Shown piece after piece: positions 17,470 to 25,608 of a stretch of 42,024 bases of DNA (its first letter is position 1; each line of letters opens with the position of its first letter). Source of the stretch: Candidatus Fonsibacter ubiquis. GTDB lineage: Bacteria; Pseudomonadota; Gammaproteobacteria; Pseudomonadales; Azotimanducaceae. The position numbers and the translations under genes are program-made. Below the pieces are notes generated by a model. The model was not told the DNA's origin and did no database searches. It was given only the letters and a program-made list of their open reading frames with translations. Where the stretch lies: NCBI GenBank assembly GCA_964220205.1, contig CAXPUI010000356.1:1-42024 (forward strand). Direction: 5' to 3'.

Positions 17470-18418
17470 AAAGAAAACTCCTGCCATCCAACTGACTGGC
17501 TACATCCTGCGGAATCGTTAATCGCAGGTAGGTCGCAATGGACGGCAGGATGTCAACGATTGCAGCTCCAGCATTGAAATTGGCATTCAATGCCGGATAA
17601 CTGGTGACAATCCAGATGGTTCTTTCGCGCGGAGACTGACCACCGTGACTTCTGCCAGTTGCGCTATCCCTGCCATGATCAGTCGTGACTATAACAAGCC
17701 ACTCCTCGCCATGTCTGCGCTGTCGCTCAGTGACGGCATTCCAGATATAGCCTACCTGCTCATCAGCGAATCTCACCGCAAGGTCCATGAGCTCTCCATC
17801 ACCGTGGGCATGGCCAATATCATCCGTGTACTGCAGATAGACCCAGGACAGATCAGGCGCAACTTTGCTGATCAGGCTGGCCGCTTCCCGGGCCACTCTG
17901 CGATCAATGTTTCGAATATACAAACTGACAGGATCATGGGGAAAATTCTTCACATCGTGTTCATAGCCGTCCGCGATGTAATCCAGCTTTCGTCCGCCGG
18001 CGGCGGGCAAGCCATCACCAAGCAATTTGGTTCTGTTGTCTTCCCACGTCGAAAAGATCGCGGTTCTTAACGCCGGCCTGGCATGCTTCGCGATACGAAA
18101 GATGTCCCAGTAGCTATAATCCGGTGCGGTAACAGCATTGTCATAGACATTGTGCTTGTTGGCCCAGGTACCTGTCAGCAGGCTCTGGTAGGCGACAGCA
18201 GATACCGTCGGACTTCTCGACGGCCCAGTGGGATCGCCACCCACATAGGCTCGCGTATAACCACCCTGGCTCGCTATATCATCAATAGCCGGGGTCTCCA
18301 CTCGTTCCAGGACGTCAGCAGGGATACCGTCCAGTAGAATAAAAACGGCTTTACGCTCTTCTTCCGCTAGTACCGTTGCCTGCATCAGCAATAACCCTAG
18401 GGCGAACCAGAATCTCAT
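17462..18418 (-). CDS. Secreted alkaline-phosphatase-superfamily enzyme, nucleotide pyrophosphatase/phosphodiesterase (NPP) type
   Basis: Signal peptide MRFWFALGLLLMQATVLA. Metal and nucleophile motifs are LLDGIPAD, SPTVSAVAY, YTDDIGHAHG and VTTDHGRD. Confidence 0.75.
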   Translation of the reverse strand: MRFWFALGLLLMQATVLAEEERKAVFILLDGIPADVLERVETPAIDDIASQGGYTRAYVGGDPTGPSRSPTVSAVAYQSLLTGTWANKHNVYDNAVTAPDYSYWDIFRIAKHARPALRTAIFSTWEDNRTKLLGDGLPAAGGRKLDYIADGYEHDVKNFPHDPVSLYIRNIDRRVAREAASLISKVAPDLSWVYLQYTDDIGHAHGDGELMDLAVRFADEQVGYIWNAVTERQRRHGEEWLVIVTTDHGRDSATGRSHGGQSPRERTIWIVTSYPALNANFNAGAAIVDILPSIATYLRLTIPQDVASQLDGRSFLYP

Positions 18419-19290
18419 GGATGCAGTAACTCAAACAGCAGTTCCAGCGCGTCAACAAGCCTTGGACCTGGACGGCTGAAATAACTGTTGCCATCCAGGA
18501 CATAGACCCGACCGTTTCGTGCAGCCCGCAGTGACTCAAAATCGATTTGCCGTTTGAGGGTCTCCAACTCGTGGCGGGCCCGAACTTCGTCAAAACCGCA
18601 CAGCGCAATAATCAGCACGTCGGGATCGGCATTGGTGATCGTCTCCAGCGGTATGGTTGTCGAAGGCTGATGCTTGTTACCAAAGCAGTCGATACCTCCT
18701 GCATACTCAATAAGTTCGTGTGTCCAGTGCCCACCATTGAAAGGCGGGTCAACCCACTCGAGGAAACCTACTCGAGGTTTCTGCCTGACACCCGCGGCCG
18801 CCCGCCGCACGGCTGCCACCCTTGCTCGAAGTCTCTCCGTATACCCCTCAGCCTCCTCCGGACAACCGGCGGCAATACCCACCTGCCCGATGGTTTCGAA
18901 TACCTCCCCCAGCGTCATCGGCTCCAGGTTTATCAGCCTGGGTTCGCCTGGCAGCTCAGCTAGCACAGTGTTCACGTCATCCTCTGAGACTGCGCAAACA
19001 TCGCACAATGCCTGAGTGACAAGCAGATCGGGTTCCAGCGAAGCCAACAGGTCGACATCAATGGCATAGAGTGCATTACTGGTCTTCAGGTGGTCACGGA
19101 CCGCGGCATCAATTTCCCGGCTGGACGCATTGATATCAATCGCACTGGTTGTCACCCTGGGCAAACCCTGCACATGGACAGGGAAGTCACACTCATGCGT
19201 GATGCCGACGAGGCGATCACGGAGGCCCAGGCCGCAGACAATTTCCGTGGCACTTGGCAATAGCGTTACTATCCGACGGGCAGTCACCAT
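18415..19290 (-). CDS. BtuF/FhuD-like (class III periplasmic-binding-protein fold) binding protein without signal peptide
   Basis: RIVTLLPSATEIVCGLGL...LVGITHECDFP and EPDLLVTQALCDVC are typical of the cobalamin/iron-chelate binding fold. There is no N-terminal hydrophobic leader. Its stop overlaps the NPP start (ATGA). Confidence 0.65.
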   Translation of the reverse strand: MVTARRIVTLLPSATEIVCGLGLRDRLVGITHECDFPVHVQGLPRVTTSAIDINASSREIDAAVRDHLKTSNALYAIDVDLLASLEPDLLVTQALCDVCAVSEDDVNTVLAELPGEPRLINLEPMTLGEVFETIGQVGIAAGCPEEAEGYTERLRARVAAVRRAAAGVRQKPRVGFLEWVDPPFNGGHWTHELIEYAGGIDCFGNKHQPSTTIPLETITNADPDVLIIALCGFDEVRARHELETLKRQIDFESLRAARNGRVYVLDGNSYFSRPGPRLVDALELLFELLHP

Positions 19291-19343
19291 TGATCTCCAG
19301 AAAACAACCGCACAGAAAACCAGTCTACCGGTTTTCCGTTAGA

Positions 19344-20840
19344 ATGCCTGCGATGCAACGCTATCTCTACCTATTACTGATTTTTGTCGCCTGCCAGTCC
19401 GCAGCCAGTCACTTCACGGGACACCCTGGCGAGACCTGGCAGGGTAGCCGCCATGTTTCAGGCATCTACAGCTTCAGGGGGCTACCCTATGCTGAGCCTC
19501 CGGTTGGTGCTTTGCGCTGGCAGCCGCCCAAACCCTACAAGCCCAGGGGTGGTCACCAGTCTGCCTCGATATTTGCTCCTGCCTGCATGCATGCCGCCCC
19601 TATCGAACGCTGGGACCGGGATCTGATTGAAAAACTCGAAAGTGATCCGGCAGATTTTGAGGGACCTCAAGGTTCCAGCGAAGACTGCCTGTACTTGAAC
19701 GTCTGGACACCTACCATGGATACCGGGGCTGCCCTACCTGTCATGGTCTGGATTCATGGCGGCAGTAACGAGAGTGGCTGGGCTTACGAACCAGACTATC
19801 GCGGTAACCAGCTGGCACAGCAGAATGTTGTGGTTATTTCGGTTGCCTATCGGCTCGGGGCCTTCTCCATGTTCGCCTTGCCTGAACTTATCGAAGAACA
19901 GGACGGCAGCGCTGCCAACTATGGATTGCTTGATCTGATTGCCGCCCTGGAATTCATCCAGCAGCATGCTTCTGCATTTGGTGGCGACCCGGGTAATGTA
20001 ACCCTCTTTGGGGAATCGGCCGGCGCGGAAAACATTGCAGCCCTCATGGCCAGCGCCCGTGCCGAGCCGCTGTTCCACAAGGCGATTCACCAGAGCGGTC
20101 CTGCCCTATCCGGATATCACCTCAGCGACGTCATTGAATACAGCCAACATCTGGCTGGCAAAAGAAACCTTGAAGAGCTGCGCGGTATGCCGGCAGAGGA
20201 TCTTTACGAACTGCAGTCCGGGAACAGTCCGGCTATTGGCTTTGGTCCTGTCGCAGGCGGACACGGCTTACCCGATGACAATCTCTATGATGAAGCCACA
20301 GCGAAGCCACTGCTCATAGGCACCAACGATCATGAATGGTTGATGTCCCTTGAACCCGACGTATCGCTTGATGAGACCACTCATCAGTTTGACTTCCATC
20401 TTGGTCCCGACTCGCTGCGTGCCATGTTGCCTGACCTTAACGACCACCAGATCGCCGACCGGGTAACAACAGCCGAATACATGTATTGCCCCTCGATAAA
20501 ACTTGCCGACATTATCTCCGCCGAAAAACCGGTCTTCTTCTATCTCTTTTCACGCGTTCGGGACGGTGAGTTCGGCCAACGGGTAGGCGCCTACCACGGA
20601 GCGGAAATTCCTTACGTGTTTAATCACCATGACAGCTACCTGGTGACCAACGCGACGGACCATGAACTGACCAGGCTCATGATGGATTATTGGACAAACT
20701 TCGCGAGAACGGGAAACCCGAATTCCAAGGCGTCACCGTACTGGCCAGCCTACCAGGCATCTTCACGGCTTGTCATGACACTGAACCAGCAACTATCAGT
20801 CGGTAGAGCGAGAGATCTCAGCCTGTGCGTTTCGCCCTGA
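19344..20840 (+). CDS. Type-B carboxylesterase (cholinesterase/para-nitrobenzyl esterase family), exported, possible lipoprotein
   Basis: EDCLYLNVW, the nucleophile FGESAGA, and GAYHGAEIPYVF are present. ATG at 19344 gives the leader MPAMQRYLYLLLIFVAC, which has a lipobox-like IFVAC. Confidence 0.85.
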   Translation: MPAMQRYLYLLLIFVACQSAASHFTGHPGETWQGSRHVSGIYSFRGLPYAEPPVGALRWQPPKPYKPRGGHQSASIFAPACMHAAPIERWDRDLIEKLESDPADFEGPQGSSEDCLYLNVWTPTMDTGAALPVMVWIHGGSNESGWAYEPDYRGNQLAQQNVVVISVAYRLGAFSMFALPELIEEQDGSAANYGLLDLIAALEFIQQHASAFGGDPGNVTLFGESAGAENIAALMASARAEPLFHKAIHQSGPALSGYHLSDVIEYSQHLAGKRNLEELRGMPAEDLYELQSGNSPAIGFGPVAGGHGLPDDNLYDEATAKPLLIGTNDHEWLMSLEPDVSLDETTHQFDFHLGPDSLRAMLPDLNDHQIADRVTTAEYMYCPSIKLADIISAEKPVFFYLFSRVRDGEFGQRVGAYHGAEIPYVFNHHDSYLVTNATDHELTRLMMDYWTNFARTGNPNSKASPYWPAYQASSRLVMTLNQQLSVGRARDLSLCVSP

Positions 20841-20857
20841 TTGAAACTGTAACGTCG

Positions 20858-22459
20858 TTAAAAACCTGATACCGGCCTGCCGGCAATAAAGTCATTGATC
20901 AGTTCAGCCAGTTCCGGTCCTGCATCTTCCTGGACGAAGTGCCCGGCATCCCTGATTGTTACGCTGGTTGCTCCCGGTATCCTGTCAATGAAAGCCTGCT
21001 CGCCTCCCTTCGTAATCGGGTCCGAGTCGGTAAACGCAACAAGAAACGGTTTCTGCCAGCTTTCAAAGGTTTCCTGCCACACCTTTTCATTCTCCCTGAG
21101 CTGGGAAAGTACAAGGTAAGGCATTATCTGGATGGCGGCCTTGTAATCCTTATTGGGAAAAGGCGCTTCATAACCCGCCACCGAATCAACTACACCTCCC
21201 AATGTACTCATCACATCACCCACCGGCAGGTCGTCGACATGGTAGGAATAAGCCACCCACCTGGGAAAGCTCAGATCAGCACGCAGCTCCGCCATGGAGA
21301 GGTCACCAAGCCACCAGACCAGAGTTCTGAAAAAAGGATATCCCAGCCAGCCGCCCAATCCTGCCGCGGCAGGCAGACCGGTATTTGAAACCACCACTCG
21401 CGCAAAACGCTGGGGCACTTGTGCAATCACCCGTAAGCCGATCAATCCTCCCCAGTCCTGGCCAAAGAAAGTCGCTTCCTGGAGGTCCAACCGCTCAATC
21501 AGCGCAGTCATCATCCTGACCTGCAACTCATAACTGTAATCTGCTTCTTCCCGCAGCTTGTCTGACTTACCGAATCCGACCAGGTCGGGGACGATGACAC
21601 GATGACCCGCCGCTGTGAGAACCGGGATCATCTTCCTGAAGAGATAGCTCCAGGTTGGCTCACCGTGCAACAGGAATACAGGCGCTGCTGTAGCAGGACC
21701 TTCATCCAGGTAATGTATTCGAAGACCATCGATCTCCATATAGTTCGGCCGCCAGGGATAGTCGGCTAGATCCTTGAAGCGCTCATCCGGCGTCCGCAAC
21801 ACATGTCGCCTGGGAACCCGGTGAAATTCCGGTAACTGACACAGTCGCTCCATCCGAGTGACAGAACCATCGACATATTCCCACACCAGCTGATCACCTT
21901 CCATGTATCGCCGAACGACAACAGGTCCCCAACCCAGAACATGAAAGTCCAGAACACCATCATTCCATATCATGCTCGCGGAGGTTCTCGGACAATAGCT
22001 GGTGTCGCCGATTCGAAACCGGACACCACCTTCAGTGTCATTGGTGTTCAGACCACCTGTGCTGTTGGGTCCGTAGTCATGAATAACACCTGCGGCAGTG
22101 ACCACCGTTCTCGAACCGCATTGTTCGATCCTTTCAACATGGCCGCTCCTGCCACTGACCGCCTGCCAGAGACCACGGATATCATCTGCCCCATCTACGA
22201 GGGGCTCCGTGCATTCCTCCAGAATCGGTCCGGGGAAATGTTCATAACTGCAACCCGGCGTGTTGCCTTTGGGTATATCTCTGGCTTGCTTACCGCGACC
22301 GTCCAATACCGGCAGGTCACAATAATTGACCAGGCGGCCATCCGCAGCGAGGGTGGCAGGATCAGTCATGACATCGGGTCTTGCCGAAAAAAAGACAAAC
22401 AGGAACAGGCCCAGGACGGACAGCGCAAGCAGCGCTAGCACATGGATGAGGACTCTCAT
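20858..22459 (-). CDS. Fusion protein: N-terminal TM anchor + about 230-aa Cys-rich domain of unknown function + C-terminal haloalkane dehalogenase (HLD-I-like alpha/beta hydrolase)
   Basis: The C-terminal half has HGEPTWSYLFRKMIPVLTAAGHRVIVPDLVGFGKSDK, the Asp-Trp nucleophile in FFGQDWGG, TDSDPI and DAGHFVQED. The N-terminal half matches nothing I recognise and carries 6 Cys. The start is taken at ATG 22459 (MRVLIHVLALL...). The ORF-track start is a TTG at 22534. Confidence 0.75.
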   Translation of the reverse strand: MRVLIHVLALLALSVLGLFLFVFFSARPDVMTDPATLAADGRLVNYCDLPVLDGRGKQARDIPKGNTPGCSYEHFPGPILEECTEPLVDGADDIRGLWQAVSGRSGHVERIEQCGSRTVVTAAGVIHDYGPNSTGGLNTNDTEGGVRFRIGDTSYCPRTSASMIWNDGVLDFHVLGWGPVVVRRYMEGDQLVWEYVDGSVTRMERLCQLPEFHRVPRRHVLRTPDERFKDLADYPWRPNYMEIDGLRIHYLDEGPATAAPVFLLHGEPTWSYLFRKMIPVLTAAGHRVIVPDLVGFGKSDKLREEADYSYELQVRMMTALIERLDLQEATFFGQDWGGLIGLRVIAQVPQRFARVVVSNTGLPAAAGLGGWLGYPFFRTLVWWLGDLSMAELRADLSFPRWVAYSYHVDDLPVGDVMSTLGGVVDSVAGYEAPFPNKDYKAAIQIMPYLVLSQLRENEKVWQETFESWQKPFLVAFTDSDPITKGGEQAFIDRIPGATSVTIRDAGHFVQEDAGPELAELINDFIAGRPVSGF

Positions 22460-22837
22460 TAACAATGATACCGCTAGGTTCGGACAGGCGAACATTACAA
22501 AAAAGCGCACCGGATTAGTAGGATGGCGACGCAACGTGCATGATCTATCGCTGAATTACTGAGCTAGCGTCTGCAAGCCGTCATCGAATCCGACAAGACA
22601 AGCATCGCAGCCCAGACTCGAACAATGGTCACGCCCCCCTTTTGCAACGCCATCACAGCATTGGTCTTTACCGTCACTTGCCTCCCTCTATGCCGGTCTT
22701 CATCTGAGAACAGGGCGGCAGTGACACAGATCGTTATATCGACTGGATGCGGCGATAAGGGCTTTTCGAATCAAACACCCAAGCCACTTCTTCAGGAGAC
22801 TCCCGGGGTATCTCGCTCGACAACGCCGCCTGACCGG

Positions 22838-24262
22838 TCACTGGCCGAGTGATCGGTTCGCTGCGGCGATGGCGGCAAACTCTTCTTCGGGCGCCTCGGC
22901 GACCAGGTGATGACGACTGTAGAAGAAGAAATAAAGGATCAGCACCAGGTAAAAAACACTGCCCCATGCTGCCGCTTCCAGGTTCACAAGAAACGTTGAT
23001 GCGAACGCCACGATGGCCAACACGAATGCCGTTCCGGATGTCAGCGACCCTCCGGGAGTGCGATAAGGCCGTTCAAGATCAGGTTCCTTGTAACGCAGGA
23101 TGATATGAGACAGCGTCATCAGCGCATAGGAGATAGTCGCCCCAAAAACCGCCATCGCAATCATCAGGTCTCCCTCTCCCGTGAGGGAGAACAGGAAGCC
23201 AATACCACCGGGAATAATCAGGGCAAGACTAGGCGTTCTGCGCTTGCTGGTCACGGACAGGAAACGCGGGAGATAGCCTGCCCTCGAAAGAGCAAAGACC
23301 TGCCGTGAATAGGCATAAATGATCGAGAAGAAACTGGCGATAAGTCCGGCAAGCCCAACCGCGTTAACGAACACAGCGGCCAGCGAATCTTCACCATAAA
23401 CCGCCTGCAGAGCACCGACCAGCGGCGCGCCATGATCCTTCATGTAATTTGCACCCGCAGCGGCCGGGGCCAGGAACAGGACCAATGCGCCAAACGCCAG
23501 AAGGATCAGCATGGCAACAATAATCCCCCTCGGCATATCCGTGCCTGGATCACGGCATTCCTCCGCGGCCAGTGGCACGCCCTCCACAGCGAGGAACAAC
23601 CACATGGCGAACGGCAAGGCGGCCCAGATGCCGATGTAACCTTCGGGCAGGAACGCACTGCTGCCTGCGGCACCGGAATTGACAGGAATATCAATCAGGT
23701 TGCTCAGCTCGATGGCGGGGATCATCCCGATGAAAAAAACAAGCAACGCCAGGACGGCAACAGCCGTTATCACCAGCATTACTCTCAGCGCTTCGCCTAC
23801 ACCCCATAGATGAATACCCACAAACACCAGGTAGAAGACCCCGTAGACTAAGGGCCCATCCAGGCCCATTAACTCATTGCAGTAGGCCCCGATGAACACA
23901 GCGATCGCCGCAGGAGCAAACATGTACTCCAGCAAGATAGCAGTTCCCGTAAGAAAGCCGAAAGTCGGCCCCATGGCACGTCGCGCATAACTGTAACCTC
24001 CGCCTGCCGTTGGCAGACACGCGGCAAGCTCCGCCAGTGAAAGAACCATACAGGTATACATAGCGCCTACCAGCAGCGTCGCAATCAGCAAACCACCGAA
24101 CCCGCCTTCTGCAAGCCCGAAATTCCAACCCGCGAAATCGCCGGAAATGACATAGGAGACACCCAGGCCGGCCAGCAACACCCAGCCGGCAGCACCTCGT
24201 TTAAGCTGTCGCGACTCAAGGTAGTCCTCTGAAACTGACTCGTATTGAATGTTGTTCGTCAT
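22838..24262 (-). CDS. APC-superfamily amino acid permease, ethanolamine permease (Eat)-like
   Basis: 474 aa, 12 TM. The N-terminal region LKRGAAGW...VISGDFAGWNFGLAEGGFGG...AELAACLPTAGGGYSYARRAMGP fits my recollection of the ethanolamine-permease subfamily pattern. Confidence 0.7.
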   Translation of the reverse strand: MTNNIQYESVSEDYLESRQLKRGAAGWVLLAGLGVSYVISGDFAGWNFGLAEGGFGGLLIATLLVGAMYTCMVLSLAELAACLPTAGGGYSYARRAMGPTFGFLTGTAILLEYMFAPAAIAVFIGAYCNELMGLDGPLVYGVFYLVFVGIHLWGVGEALRVMLVITAVAVLALLVFFIGMIPAIELSNLIDIPVNSGAAGSSAFLPEGYIGIWAALPFAMWLFLAVEGVPLAAEECRDPGTDMPRGIIVAMLILLAFGALVLFLAPAAAGANYMKDHGAPLVGALQAVYGEDSLAAVFVNAVGLAGLIASFFSIIYAYSRQVFALSRAGYLPRFLSVTSKRRTPSLALIIPGGIGFLFSLTGEGDLMIAMAVFGATISYALMTLSHIILRYKEPDLERPYRTPGGSLTSGTAFVLAIVAFASTFLVNLEAAAWGSVFYLVLILYFFFYSRHHLVAEAPEEEFAAIAAANRSLGQ

Positions 24263-24469
24263 AACGCCCTCGTTTTTCTTATCCGGCCGATCTTCCTGCG
24301 GGTTGCCGCGACTTTATTGCTCCACTCCTCCTGCACTCCTATTGCAATCCTCCTGCTCAAGCTCCAGGTGACGACTGGAGGCGGTGACTTCTCAGTTCAA
24401 GGAGCGGGACCAGGGCTTCACAGCCTCGTAACAGCCTAACAGATGTACAGTCCCCGGCGACAATATCGA

Positions 24470-25435
24470 CTATATATCCTGGCGATGGGCAACGATGACC
24501 TCACTACCCGGACCTTCAGGTTCATCATCCACCAGAACCTCGGGGAAACCCGGTGCTCTCAGGTCCGTATCACAGTCGTCTTCGAGACGTTTTACCACCA
24601 TGGTGGACCATGCTCGCGGACCGTAACGCTCAAGACCATCTTGGATAATATCCACGGCAAGCGGCGATAATTCGAGTGGAACGTGGTGCTTTTTACCCAG
24701 ACTGTCAAAGAGCGTTAGATCCTTTAGTTCGAGATCCATGGTGAAGTCAACAGCATAGCTGCCGTTTAGAATAAGCTGGCCCTCCGTCTCATGAACGAAG
24801 GAATTCCCCGAGGAGATCCTAATCGCATCATAAGCGACGGCGAGATCAATACCCGCCTGCTTGGCAACCATGAGTGCCTCACCCGTTGCGATCAGTTGCA
24901 CCCCGGCCAGGTAATTGGTCGCAACCTTAAGCACGGAGGCCGATCCCAGCCGTCCGGTATGCAGGACCTTCCTGCCAATTACGGTCAGGATCGGCAGCAC
25001 TTTCTGAAAGGCGGCTCTGTCTCCACCAGCAAAAATTGCGATATTGCCGGTCGCCGCCCGGTGACACCCTCCGGATACCGGCGCGTCCAATGCGAAAGCG
25101 CCGAGGTCCTTTACCTTCTGTCCAAGACGGCAGACTTCTTCTTCATCCGAAGAACTCATTTCCAGCCATATCTTGCCGGGTTCAAGGCCTTCGAGGACAC
25201 CATTGGCCTCTTCCATCACAGCGGCAGACACCGCTGGCGATGGCAGGCAGGTAATCACCACATCCGAGTGACGGGCAAGTTCCAATCCACTATCAGCCCA
25301 GCCAGCACCCGCCGCCAGCAACGTTGCAGCAGCATCCGGCTCGATGTCATGAACCATCAAATCGTAACCATGACGTAACAGGCTACCCGCCAGCTTACCC
25401 CCCACATTACCCAGCCCAATGAATCCAACGCGCAT
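24470..25435 (-). CDS. NAD(P)-dependent beta-hydroxyacid dehydrogenase (3-hydroxyisobutyrate dehydrogenase family)
   Basis: ATG at 25435 gives the Rossmann start MRVGFIGLGNVGGKLAGSLL. The catalytic-Lys region is SASVLKVATNYL. The protein has an acidic C-terminal tail. Confidence 0.8.
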   Translation of the reverse strand: MRVGFIGLGNVGGKLAGSLLRHGYDLMVHDIEPDAAATLLAAGAGWADSGLELARHSDVVITCLPSPAVSAAVMEEANGVLEGLEPGKIWLEMSSSDEEEVCRLGQKVKDLGAFALDAPVSGGCHRAATGNIAIFAGGDRAAFQKVLPILTVIGRKVLHTGRLGSASVLKVATNYLAGVQLIATGEALMVAKQAGIDLAVAYDAIRISSGNSFVHETEGQLILNGSYAVDFTMDLELKDLTLFDSLGKKHHVPLELSPLAVDIIQDGLERYGPRAWSTMVVKRLEDDCDTDLRAPGFPEVLVDDEPEGPGSEVIVAHRQDI

Positions 25436-25608
25436 GCTTCTGCCTTTTTTATGTTTGCCACCGCAATTTACACCGCACCCCATAACCTGGGAAGCACTAG
25501 CTGCTTTTGCGGCAGGCCCTTCAACAGGCGAGCCACTGCCTAGACTTTTATCAGACCGTCAGTCACGTAATAATGACAGGCACCGCCACAGGGTCGGAAG
25601 CAATCACC

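Noticed and set aside
19291-19343. Cobalamin riboswitch upstream of the BtuF-like gene
   Set aside because: The spacer is only 53 bp and is shared with the divergent carboxylesterase start. That is too short for a B12 riboswitch of roughly 200 nt. Only a simple 7-bp inverted repeat is present.
22535-22837. 303-bp spacer with ORF 22625-22852 (+, 75 aa) that has a hydrophobic, Cys-containing N-terminus
   Set aside because: There is no Shine-Dalgarno. The ORF is antisense to the direction of both flanking genes and overlaps the permease 3' end. The region is more likely the promoter or leader of the HLD-fusion gene.
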